This document shows positions 45,882 to 55,042 of a stretch of DNA of 64,000 nucleotides, one piece after another. The position numbers were made by a program, and so were the translations under genes. Source of the stretch: Acidobacteriota bacterium (GTDB taxonomy: Bacteria; Acidobacteriota; Thermoanaerobaculia; Gp7-AA8); NCBI GenBank assembly GCA_025463165.1, contig JAOBAU010000337.1:1073-65072 (forward strand), read 5' to 3'. The notes below the pieces were generated by a model, which was given only the letters and a program-made list of their open reading frames with translations, was not told the DNA's origin and did no database searches. Position 1 is the stretch's first letter. Every line of letters starts with the position of its first letter.

Positions 45882-46817
45882 ATGGGTGAATCGGCGCGCG
45901 ACGAAGGATTTCTCGAACGGCTGATCGGCGACGGCCGGGCGCTGATCAAGCTGCTCGCACTGGCGCTGATCGGCTCCGGCGTCTTCGTGCTGTTCCAGGC
46001 GGCGACCGGCCACTTTCTGCCGCACGACACCGCCTGGCTCGGCATGACCGCGCAGCAGCTCTGCACGTCGCACGGCTGCCGCATCGTCCACTTCATGATG
46101 CACGACCGCGTTTCGTTCGGCGGCGTGCTGATCGCCATCGGTGTGATGTATCTCTGGCTCGCCGAGTTTCCGCTGCGTCGCGGGGAAACGTGGGCGTGGT
46201 GGGCACTGGCCGCAAGCGCCGCCGCCGGTTTCCTCAGCTTCCTCACCTACCTCGGATACGGCTATCTCGACACGTGGCACGGCGCGGCGACGCTCGCACT
46301 GTTGCCGCTCTTCGCATCAGCGCTTTACCGAACGCGCGCGCTGCGTCTCAATCGCGTGCTGATCGCACCGTTCGACTTCCGCACGCGCGCCGGCGTCGGA
46401 CGAATGCTGCTCATCGCGACGACGACCGGCATCATCGCCGCCGGCCTGACGATCATGACCGTCGGTATGACGGCCGTCTTCGTGCCGCAGGATCTCGAAT
46501 TCATGCGCATCACACGCGCTGAACTGCAGCAGCACAGCGCTCGATTGATTCCGCTCATCGCGCACGACCGCGCCGGCTTCGGCGGCGCGCTCGTTTCGTG
46601 CGGCGTGGCGATGCTCTTCGCCGTGCTGTACGGAACGCCGTCGCGCAATCTCCGGCAGGCGCTGGCGATCGCCGGAACGGCCGGCTTCGCGACCGCCGTC
46701 GGCATTCATCCACTGATCGGCTACACGAACGCGACGCATCTCGGACCGGCGGTGTTCGGCTGCGTGGTCTTCGCGATCGGACTCGCGCTTGTGCAGCTGG
46801 GCCGCGTCCGCGCTTAG
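45882..46817 (+). CDS. Hypothetical polytopic membrane protein (about 8 TM, internal duplication)
   Basis: Duplicated halves contain HFMMHDRVSFGGVLIAIGVMYLW and LIAHDRAGFGGALVSCGVAMLF. Loop CTSHGC. Start uncertain. Confidence 0.55.
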   Translation: MGESARDEGFLERLIGDGRALIKLLALALIGSGVFVLFQAATGHFLPHDTAWLGMTAQQLCTSHGCRIVHFMMHDRVSFGGVLIAIGVMYLWLAEFPLRRGETWAWWALAASAAAGFLSFLTYLGYGYLDTWHGAATLALLPLFASALYRTRALRLNRVLIAPFDFRTRAGVGRMLLIATTTGIIAAGLTIMTVGMTAVFVPQDLEFMRITRAELQQHSARLIPLIAHDRAGFGGALVSCGVAMLFAVLYGTPSRNLRQALAIAGTAGFATAVGIHPLIGYTNATHLGPAVFGCVVFAIGLALVQLGRVRA

Positions 46818-49090
46818 AGCCCGATGCGCCGCTCGATCGAGCGCATCCGCAGATCGCCGCGAATCGAATCGAAGTGCGGATCGACGCCGATCCGAATCAG
46901 CCACGGCGATCGTTCTTCGACGGAGCGCAGCAGGTAATCGAACGCGGCATCGGCATCGCCGGCGCCGGCCCACGCCAGCGCGAGATCGTAGACGGAGACG
47001 AACTCGTGCTTCGATCGTTCTTCCAGCGCGCGAATGATCGCGATGGCGTCGTCGCGGCGTCCCGCGCGTCCGCGCACTGACGCGAGCACCGCAAGGACGT
47101 ACGAGCTCGGATAGATCGCGGCCACGCGTTCGAGCTGCACGAGCGCGAGCTCGAAATCGCCGCGCGCGGCGAGCACCTGGCCGATCGCGAACTGCACCCA
47201 GATGAAGTCCGGATCGATCTGCCGCGCCTTCTCCAGCATCGTCAGCGCCGCGTCGAAATCGCGGTCGTAGTAGAGCGGCCACGCCGATTCGGTATTGATC
47301 GCCAGTGAGAGCGGATCGAGCTCGCGCGCCAGCGCCATCTGCGCCGCCGCCTCGCGAAAGCGCCGCCGAACGGTGAGCAGCCACGCGTACCAGTGATGCG
47401 CGGTGGCGTAGTTCGGATTCAACTCCAGAGCGCGCTGAAACGACGACTCCGCGCCCGTCCAGTCCCAGTCGAACCAGCACTTGGTGAACGCCAGCGATGC
47501 ATGCGCCTCGGCGAGCGAGTCGTCGATCTCCAGCGCGCGCGTTGCGGCCAGCTTCGCTTTCGGCAGCGCGTCACGCGGCGGAATCGCGCTGTACGTCGTC
47601 AGCAGGTTGTAGCAGTCGGCAAGTCCGACGTACGCGCGCGCATAAAGCGGATCGTGCTCGATGGCCTGATCGAACAGCTCGATGGCGCGACGGAAACCGT
47701 CCGCCGTCCTCTTGTTCCACTGATAGCGGCCGCGCAGAAACAGTTGATACGCCTCCGGGTTTTCCGTGTGGCGCTTGTGCAGCTTCTTCCGATCGGCGCC
47801 GGTCAGCTTCACGCGCAGCTTCTCCGCGATCCGTTCGGCGATCTCTTCCTGAACGGCGAAGATGTCGGAGAAACGCAGATTAAAACGCTCGCCCCAGATC
47901 TGCGCGTTGTCGGAAACCTCGACCAGTTCCGCCTGGATGCTCAGCGATTCGCGGACCTGATGAATGGCGCCGGTCAGCACCGTCTTCACGCCGAGCTCGC
48001 GGCCGACCGTCTGCGGATCGGCGTCGATTCCTTTGTAGCGAAACACGGTGCCGCGCGCGATCACGCGCAGCTTCGGCAAACGCGCCAGCTTGTTGATGAC
48101 GCTCTCCGTGATTCCATCGATCAGGTAGTCGGCGCCAGGATCGCGCGAGCCGTTCGCGAACGGAATGACGGCGATCGATTTCCCGCGCGGTTTCGTCTTC
48201 GTCGGCGCAACCGAACCGGAGTCGCTGCGGATGGCGCGCAACGCGAACGCGAGATCGCGCGCCGACTGAAATCGCTCCGCCGGATTCTTCTCGAGGCAGC
48301 GCGAGATGACGCGCTGCAGATCGTACGGAATGTGGCGTCCGGAATGTTCGAGCGCCGGCGGATCGTCGTTGAGAATCGCCGCCATCGTTTCGATGAGACT
48401 GGAGCGGCCGAAGGCGCGGCGTCCCGTCACCATCTCGTACAGCACGCAGCCGAGCGAGAAGATGTCGGTCGCGGAATCGAGGGCGCGGCCGGAAAGCTGT
48501 TCGGGCGACATATAGCCGATCGTCCCGACGACGTTCTCCGGCGGATGCTCGAGCGCATTCGTGGCGGTGTCGTCGTTGTTGCCGCCCGGCGACGCGGCGG
48601 CGCGAATGACGGCGAGGCCGAAGTCGAGGATCTTCACCTGTCCGTCGGCGAGCACGAAGATGTTCTCCGGCTTCAGATCGCGATGGATGATCTGCTTCGC
48701 ATGCGCGGCCGCCAGTCCGTCACAAACCGCGGCGCCGATCTCGGCGGTCTTCGCCCACGGTATCGCCGCGGACGCGATTCGTTCCCGCAGTGGCTCGCCG
48801 ATCAGGAGCTCGGTGACGATGAACGCCCGCTCGCCGTCGTGATCGAGCTCGAAGATCGAGAGAATGTTCGGATGCGACAGCGCCGCAATGGCCTTCGCCT
48901 CGGTGGTAAAGCGCTCGAACGTTTCCTCGCTGTTCACCACTTCGGGAATCAGGACCTTGATCGCCACGAAGCGACCGAGGCGGGTGTCGACGGCGCGGTA
49001 GACCTCACCCATTCCGCCGGAACCGATGAGATCGACGATCTCGTACGGTCCGAGGCGGCTGTTCGCGGCAAGCGGCATGTGCGGCGACAT
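46814..49090 (-). CDS. Ser/Thr protein kinase with TM, TolB-N-like module and TPR repeats (paralog of 3157-5511)
   Basis: GSGGMGEVYRA, HRDLKPEN, DFG, then TM, then AVIPFANGS…DGITES and TPR. ATG at 49090 or 49078. Confidence 0.85.
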   Translation of the reverse strand: MSPHMPLAANSRLGPYEIVDLIGSGGMGEVYRAVDTRLGRFVAIKVLIPEVVNSEETFERFTTEAKAIAALSHPNILSIFELDHDGERAFIVTELLIGEPLRERIASAAIPWAKTAEIGAAVCDGLAAAHAKQIIHRDLKPENIFVLADGQVKILDFGLAVIRAAASPGGNNDDTATNALEHPPENVVGTIGYMSPEQLSGRALDSATDIFSLGCVLYEMVTGRRAFGRSSLIETMAAILNDDPPALEHSGRHIPYDLQRVISRCLEKNPAERFQSARDLAFALRAIRSDSGSVAPTKTKPRGKSIAVIPFANGSRDPGADYLIDGITESVINKLARLPKLRVIARGTVFRYKGIDADPQTVGRELGVKTVLTGAIHQVRESLSIQAELVEVSDNAQIWGERFNLRFSDIFAVQEEIAERIAEKLRVKLTGADRKKLHKRHTENPEAYQLFLRGRYQWNKRTADGFRRAIELFDQAIEHDPLYARAYVGLADCYNLLTTYSAIPPRDALPKAKLAATRALEIDDSLAEAHASLAFTKCWFDWDWTGAESSFQRALELNPNYATAHHWYAWLLTVRRRFREAAAQMALARELDPLSLAINTESAWPLYYDRDFDAALTMLEKARQIDPDFIWVQFAIGQVLAARGDFELALVQLERVAAIYPSSYVLAVLASVRGRAGRRDDAIAIIRALEERSKHEFVSVYDLALAWAGAGDADAAFDYLLRSVEERSPWLIRIGVDPHFDSIRGDLRMRSIERRIGL

Positions 49091-49152
49091 TGTACGGGCG
49101 AGCACGGGACGAAATCCCGCCGCGCTTTCGTGCGTTGGAGGTGTTCGCCGCG

Positions 49153-49464
49153 ATGCTGCCGATTCCCGAGCTCGATGAGGCGCCAGTCGCCGAACAGAAG
49201 GAAAAAACCGAGGAGCCAAAGCTCTTCCGGGTGCTCCTCCACAACGATGACTACACGACGATGGAGTTCGTCGTCTACGTGCTGCAGTCGGTCTTCAACC
49301 TCGACGAGGAGAAGGCCATTCAGGTGATGCTGAACGTCCACGTGAAAGGGATCGGCGTCGCCGGCGTTTACACATACGAGATCGCGGAGATGAAAGTAAC
49401 GCGCGCGACCGAGCTCGCCCGCGAAAACGAATTTCCGTTGTTGTGCACGATGGAACGAGAATGA
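49153..49464 (+). CDS. clpS: ATP-dependent Clp protease adaptor ClpS
   Basis: LFRVLLHNDDYTTMEFVVYVLQSVF…AIQVMLNVHVKGIGVAGVYTYEIAE, 103 aa. Confidence 0.85.
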   Translation: MLPIPELDEAPVAEQKEKTEEPKLFRVLLHNDDYTTMEFVVYVLQSVFNLDEEKAIQVMLNVHVKGIGVAGVYTYEIAEMKVTRATELARENEFPLLCTMERE

Positions 49465-49466
49465 AG

Positions 49467-49541
49467 GTGCTGAGTGCAGAGTGCTAAGTGCTGAGTAGAG
49501 GCGAATTTCGCACTCAGCACTCTGCACTCAGCACTCAGCAC
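49467..49541. repeat. Heptamer-repeat hairpin (GCTGAGT units) between clpS and clpA
   Basis: Left arm gtgctgagtgcagagtgctaagtgctgagt, 14-nt loop, right arm cactcagcactctgcactcagcactcagcac. Confidence 0.6.
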
Positions 49542-49560
49542 CCGGTCAACACGTAAGCCA

Positions 49561-51798
49561 ATGATCGCCAAACAACTACAAAAAACCTTCGAATACGCGC
49601 TGAACGATGCGATGCGGCGGCGTAATGAATATGTGACGCTCGAGCATTTGCTGTTTGCGCTGCTGCATGACTCCGATGCGATCGAGGTTGTGCGGGCGTG
49701 TGGTGGTGACGTCGATCTGTTGCGCAAGCAGCTTGATGACTTCATGACCAAGCATTACGAGAGCGTGCCGGATGATGGCGAGGTTGAGCCGGTGCTGACG
49801 GCGATGCTGCAGCGCGTCATTCAGTACGCGCAGCTGCACGCGCAGAGCTCGGGGCGCAAAGAGGTCGATTCGGGGCAGATGCTGGCGGCGCTTTATCAGG
49901 CCGAGCGGTCGCAGGCGGTTTACCTGCTTCGCAGTGAAGGGGTGAACAAGCTCGACGTCCTCAACTACCTCGCGCACGGCATCGGAAAGGATTCGCCGTC
50001 GCCTGATTTCACGCCGGCGGGCGCCGACGAGGAGTCGGCTGCGCCGTCGAAAGATCCGCTGAAAACGTATGCGGTCGATCTCATCGAGCGCGCGAAGAAT
50101 GGCGAGATCGATCCGCTCATCGGACGCTCGGCCGAACTGGAACGGACCATCCAGATTCTCTGCCGGCGACGCAAGAACAATCCGCTCTTCGTCGGAGAGC
50201 CTGGTGTTGGCAAGACCGCCATCGCCGAAGGACTCGCGCTGAAGATTCAGCGCGGCGAAGTGCCCGCGGTGCTCAAAGACGCGCAGGTCTGGTCGCTCGA
50301 CATGGGCTCGCTGCTCGCCGGGACGAAGTACCGCGGCGAGTTCGAGCAGCGCCTCAAGTCGGTCATTCACGAACTGACCGAAACGAAGCGCGACACGATT
50401 CTCTTCATCGACGAGATTCATACGATCGTCGGAGCCGGCGCCGTCAGCGGCGGCACGATGGACGCGTCGAACATCATCAAACCGGCGCTGGCCAGCGGGA
50501 AGCTGCGCTGCATCGGCTCGACGACGTACGCGGAATACAAAGCATCGTTCGAACGCGATCGCGCACTCGCCCGCCGCTTCCAGAAAATCGAAGTCGGCGA
50601 GCCGTCGATCCCCGAGACGATCGAGATTCTGCGCGGCCTGAAGGGCTACTACGAAACGCACCATCAGGTGACGTTCACCGACAGCGCGCTCGAGCTCGCG
50701 GCCGAGCTGTCGGCGAAATACATCAACGATCGTCATCTCCCCGACAAAGCGATCGACGTGCTCGACGAAGCGGGCGCCCGCGCCCGAATGCTCCGCATCG
50801 CCGACTCGACGGAAGTCGACGTCATCGGCATCCACGAAGTCGAGCAGGTCGTCTCGAAGATGGCGAAGATTCCGCCACGCACCGTCGCCGTCAACGAGAA
50901 GGAACGGCTGCGCGAGCTCGACTCCGATCTGCGCAAGGTGATCTTCGGCCAGGATCACGCCATCAAACAGCTCGTCGCCGCCATCAAAATCTCCCGCTCC
51001 GGCCTCGGCAATCCCGGCCGTCCCGTCGGCTCGTTCCTCTTCTCCGGACCGACCGGCGTCGGCAAGACTGAGCTCGCCAAACAGCTCGCCGCCGCGCTCG
51101 GCGTCGAGTTCATCCGCTTCGACATGAGCGAGTACATGGAGCCGCACACCGTGTCGCGTCTCATCGGCGCGCCGCCGGGATACGTCGGCTTCGATCAGGG
51201 CGGATTGCTCACCGACGCCATCATCCGCACGCCGTATGCGGTGCTCGTGCTCGATGAGATCGAGAAAGCGCATCCGTCGCTCTTCTCGATCATGCTGCAG
51301 GTGATGGATCACGCCACTCTGACCGACAACAACGGCAAGAAAGCCGACTTCCGCAACGTCGTCGTGATCATGACCACGAACGTCGGCGCGCGCGAGCTGA
51401 GCGACGAGTCGATGGGCTTCCGCAACAACGCCGGCAGCGGCAAAGGACGCGGTGCGATCGAAAGAACATTCGCGCCGGAGTTCCGCAATCGTCTCGACGC
51501 GTGGATCGCCTTCGATCCGCTCGCCTTCTCGACAATCGAACAGGTCGTCGACAAGTTCATCGCAGAGCTGGCGACGCAGCTCGCCGTGAAAGACGTGACG
51601 ATCGAGCTCACGGAACCAGGCCGCGCGTGGCTCGCGAAGCATGGCTACGATCGCGCGTTCGGCGCGCGTCCGATGGCGCGACTCATTCACGCGAAGATCA
51701 AGGAGCCGCTCGTCGATGCGGTGCTGTTCGGCGCGCTGCAGAACGGCGGACACGTCGTCGTGAGTGCGGAGGGCGATGAGCTGAGGCTCGCGTATTGA
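49561..51798 (+). CDS. clpA: ATP-dependent Clp protease ATP-binding subunit ClpA
   Basis: N-domain, two AAA+ modules (GEPGVGKT and GPTGVGKT), 745 aa. No middle domain, so ClpA rather than ClpB. Confidence 0.9.
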   Translation: MIAKQLQKTFEYALNDAMRRRNEYVTLEHLLFALLHDSDAIEVVRACGGDVDLLRKQLDDFMTKHYESVPDDGEVEPVLTAMLQRVIQYAQLHAQSSGRKEVDSGQMLAALYQAERSQAVYLLRSEGVNKLDVLNYLAHGIGKDSPSPDFTPAGADEESAAPSKDPLKTYAVDLIERAKNGEIDPLIGRSAELERTIQILCRRRKNNPLFVGEPGVGKTAIAEGLALKIQRGEVPAVLKDAQVWSLDMGSLLAGTKYRGEFEQRLKSVIHELTETKRDTILFIDEIHTIVGAGAVSGGTMDASNIIKPALASGKLRCIGSTTYAEYKASFERDRALARRFQKIEVGEPSIPETIEILRGLKGYYETHHQVTFTDSALELAAELSAKYINDRHLPDKAIDVLDEAGARARMLRIADSTEVDVIGIHEVEQVVSKMAKIPPRTVAVNEKERLRELDSDLRKVIFGQDHAIKQLVAAIKISRSGLGNPGRPVGSFLFSGPTGVGKTELAKQLAAALGVEFIRFDMSEYMEPHTVSRLIGAPPGYVGFDQGGLLTDAIIRTPYAVLVLDEIEKAHPSLFSIMLQVMDHATLTDNNGKKADFRNVVVIMTTNVGARELSDESMGFRNNAGSGKGRGAIERTFAPEFRNRLDAWIAFDPLAFSTIEQVVDKFIAELATQLAVKDVTIELTEPGRAWLAKHGYDRAFGARPMARLIHAKIKEPLVDAVLFGALQNGGHVVVSAEGDELRLAY

Positions 51799-52472
51799 GC
51801 GAGGGGCGTTCCCGCTTCCCCTCTCCCCGCAAGTCGCGCAGCGACGTGATCGCCATCGGCGACGACCTTCGGGTCGAAACGCTGCGCGACGCCTATCGTC
51901 ACGGCATCTTTCCCTGGCCGCACGAAGACTATCCGCTGCCGTGGTTCTCACCGCGGAAACGAACGCTGCTCTTTTTCGATGAGCTGCACGCCGGCCGCTC
52001 CCTGCGCAAAGCCATTCGCCGCGCGCCGTACACCTTCACGATCGATCGCGACTTCGCGAGCGTCATTCGCGCGTGCGGTGAAGCGGAGCGACCGGAACAG
52101 GACGGGACGTGGATCGAGCCACGCATCATCGATGCGTACATTCGCCTGCACGAAGCGGGTGACGCGCACAGCATCGAAGCGTGGGATGGCGACGAGCTCG
52201 CCGGCGGTCTCTACGGCATCGACGCGGGCGGCGTCTTCACCGGCGAGAGCATGTTCCATCGCCGCAATGACGCGTCGAAGCTCGCACTGCTGTTTCTCGT
52301 CGATCACCTGAGCGCGCGCGGCGCGGCGTTCCTCGATTGTCAGGTGATGACGCCGCACGTCGGCGCGCTCGGCGCGCGCGAAGTACCGCGCGCGCGCTTC
52401 CTCGATCTGCTCGAGGAAGCGCAGAGCGCCGACATCACGCTGTTCCCGCCGTCAGCCGGCGACGAGCGATAG
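51795..52472 (+). CDS. aat: Leucyl/phenylalanyl-tRNA--protein transferase
   Basis: GIFPWP…PLPWFSPRKR…GGLYG…GESMF motifs. ATGA overlap with clpA. Confidence 0.85.
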   Translation: MSEGRSRFPSPRKSRSDVIAIGDDLRVETLRDAYRHGIFPWPHEDYPLPWFSPRKRTLLFFDELHAGRSLRKAIRRAPYTFTIDRDFASVIRACGEAERPEQDGTWIEPRIIDAYIRLHEAGDAHSIEAWDGDELAGGLYGIDAGGVFTGESMFHRRNDASKLALLFLVDHLSARGAAFLDCQVMTPHVGALGAREVPRARFLDLLEEAQSADITLFPPSAGDER

Positions 52473-53897
52473 CGTCTCGATCCCGCCGGCGCGGCAGCGA
52501 TCGCTCCACACCACGTCGGTCAGCTCTCCATTCGTCAGTTGCGGAACGATCGAGAACGGCTCGATCGACTGGCCGTCTTTCTCGAACACGACCGAGCGTC
52601 CGGGGCCGGTGTCGCACGACCAGCCATCCGCGTACAGACGAGACGCGAGCGCGCAGCCGAGGATGAGGGCGGCTTCGTCGTTGCGGCGGGCGTAGGGGAC
52701 TTCGCGCAGCGTCAGCTTGTCGATGAACGCCGGCAGCTCGCGGACGACCTGCGGCAGCGACGACGGCGTCACGCCGAGCAACGCTTTCGCATGTTCCGCG
52801 CTGCGCGACTGCCATTGCGGGAGATAGACCTTGATGGCCGCCTCTTCCCACGCCACCTGTTCGAGCGACGTGGCGCGATCGGGCGCGAGACTGCGCAACA
52901 GCGCCAGCTCGGCGGCGGAGAGGTCGCGCAGCAGTGATGACGCAAGCCGCGCATCGTCGGTGCTCACTTCTTCAGGTAGCGCCTTCAGCGCTTCGACGCG
53001 TTCGCGCAGCGGCGGATGGCTGTCGAAGACGTCGGACTTCCCTTCGCGCAGCTCGTGATCGACGGCATCGCGCACCGCATCGGCGAAGTGCGTGACGAAA
53101 CGCGAGAAGCCGTTTGCGATCGGCGGACGATAGCCGGAGCCGAGGAGCGGCACGACTTCCTGCGACCAGTAAGTGCCGTAGGCGACGGCGGCGCCGTGCA
53201 CCGCCATCAACGCGCCGGCGGCGGCGCGCGGTCCGGCGATCGTTGCGGCGAGCCGATCGGCAGCAAGTTCCTGCGCGCGCGAGATCGCCTGCGTCACGCG
53301 CAGAAAAAATCGGCCATACCAGAGAAACGGCTTGTGCAGGAAGCCCTGCGAGGAAAGGTTCTCGATCGTTCGTCCGATCGCTTCGCGCGTCCGATAGATG
53401 AGCGGCCCGAGCTTCGTGTCGCCGCCGTGATAGTGGCCGAACTCGTGCGCGACGATGGCGCGGAATTGCGAGATCGTCACCGCTTCCAGCAGCGGCAATC
53501 CGAGTCCCATGACGCGCCGGCTGCCGAAGCCCATCACGCCGCCGCGCTGCATCACCCACGCGTTGACGTCGCCGACGAGATAGACGTCGGCAGGCATCTC
53601 CTGTTCTGACTTCGTCGCGACCTCGCTCAGCACCGCGAAGAGCTCCGGATGCTCGCTCTCCGTCAGCCGCGGACCTGGCGCTTCGAACTTGTCGCGGCGC
53701 GGCACGATCGACCAGAGGATCGCCAGCGCCGCGACGACGCAGAGGATGGTCGGTCGCAGATAAAGCTCGTGCGCCCACATCACTTCCGCGTAGACGAAAA
53801 AGAAGAGCGCGCCGGCGAGAGCGAATGCCAGCGCGTAGAAGCCGAACATCAGCAGTACCGCAAGGACTGCGCGTCGCTTCAGCGAGTTGTCGGGCAT
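52452..53897 (-). CDS. M48-family zinc metallopeptidase (HtpX-like), membrane
   Basis: HEFGH motif and N-terminal TM helices. Confidence 0.8.
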   Translation of the reverse strand: MPDNSLKRRAVLAVLLMFGFYALAFALAGALFFFVYAEVMWAHELYLRPTILCVVAALAILWSIVPRRDKFEAPGPRLTESEHPELFAVLSEVATKSEQEMPADVYLVGDVNAWVMQRGGVMGFGSRRVMGLGLPLLEAVTISQFRAIVAHEFGHYHGGDTKLGPLIYRTREAIGRTIENLSSQGFLHKPFLWYGRFFLRVTQAISRAQELAADRLAATIAGPRAAAGALMAVHGAAVAYGTYWSQEVVPLLGSGYRPPIANGFSRFVTHFADAVRDAVDHELREGKSDVFDSHPPLRERVEALKALPEEVSTDDARLASSLLRDLSAAELALLRSLAPDRATSLEQVAWEEAAIKVYLPQWQSRSAEHAKALLGVTPSSLPQVVRELPAFIDKLTLREVPYARRNDEAALILGCALASRLYADGWSCDTGPGRSVVFEKDGQSIEPFSIVPQLTNGELTDVVWSDRCRAGGIETLSLVAG

Positions 53898-53953
53898 GGA
53901 CGATTATAGACGCCGTTCGAGAGCGTATATTCGCGGCACAAGGAGTCGAAATC

Positions 53954-55042
53954 ATGCCCACTCTCTCGCGTCGCGCCTTCGCGCAACTGGTCGGCGCCGG
54001 TGCCGCCGCTGCTGCGCTGCCAATGCCCTCACTGCTCGCCGCGCCGCCGCGCGAATCGGTCGTCCGACTGAGCGCCAACGAGAATCCGTACGGTCCCTCG
54101 CCCGCCGCACTCGCCGCGATTCGCGACGCGCTGCCGCTGGCGTGGCGCTATCCCGATGAAGCGGCGGAACAGCTCGCCGAAACGATCGCCCATCTCCACG
54201 GCGTTCCCGTAAATCACATCCTCCCAGGCGACGGTTCGAGCGAGATTCTCAAGCTCGCGGCGCTCGCATTCACGGGACGCGATCGCAAGCTGGCGATGGC
54301 GGTACCGGCGTTCGAAGCGATCGGACTTTACGCGCGTGCGGGCGGCGTCGAGGTCGCGACGGTTCCGCTCGATCGGCATTACGCGCACGATCTCGCCGCA
54401 TTAGCGGCGACGAACGCGTCGCTGATCTACATCTGCAATCCGAACAATCCGACCGGCTCGATCACGCCGTCGTCATCGATGCGTTCGTTCCTCGAGACGT
54501 TGCCGGCGACTTCCATCGCACTCGTCGACGAGGCGTATCACCACTACGCCGGCAGCAGCGATTACGAAAGCGTCGCGGCGCTGGTGAAGTCGCGGCCGAA
54601 CCTCATCGTGGCGCGGACGTTCTCGAAGATCTACGGCATGGCCGGCCTCCGCTGCGGCTACGCGATCGCGCAGCCGGATTTGATTCGCAGCATGGAAGCG
54701 CAGGCGCAGTGGGACTCGCTGAACATTCTCGCGCTGGCGGCCGCACGCGCATCGCTCGGCGACACGCAGCACGTCGCTGAAGGAAAACGGCGCAACCGCG
54801 AAACTCGCGACGCGCTCGTCGCGTCAATGAAGGACATGGGCCACGATGTGATTCCGTCGCAAACGAACTTCGTCATGATCGATACCGGCCGCGACGTGAA
54901 GCCGCTGATCGGCGCGCTGCGCGGCCGCGGCGTGCAGGTCGGGCGACTCTTTCCCGCGCTGCCGCATCACCTGCGCGTCACGATCGGCAAGCCGCCGCAG
55001 ATGGAGCGTTTCGTCGATGCGTTCCGCGCGGTGACCGCATGA
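53954..55042 (+). CDS. Tat-exported class I/II aminotransferase (histidinol-phosphate aminotransferase family)
   Basis: Twin-arginine signal MPTLSRRAFAQLVGAGAAAAALP. NENPYGPSP…YICNPNNPTG…TFSKIYGMAGLRCGY (PLP Lys). AGGAG RBS. Confidence 0.8.
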   Translation: MPTLSRRAFAQLVGAGAAAAALPMPSLLAAPPRESVVRLSANENPYGPSPAALAAIRDALPLAWRYPDEAAEQLAETIAHLHGVPVNHILPGDGSSEILKLAALAFTGRDRKLAMAVPAFEAIGLYARAGGVEVATVPLDRHYAHDLAALAATNASLIYICNPNNPTGSITPSSSMRSFLETLPATSIALVDEAYHHYAGSSDYESVAALVKSRPNLIVARTFSKIYGMAGLRCGYAIAQPDLIRSMEAQAQWDSLNILALAAARASLGDTQHVAEGKRRNRETRDALVASMKDMGHDVIPSQTNFVMIDTGRDVKPLIGALRGRGVQVGRLFPALPHHLRVTIGKPPQMERFVDAFRAVTA

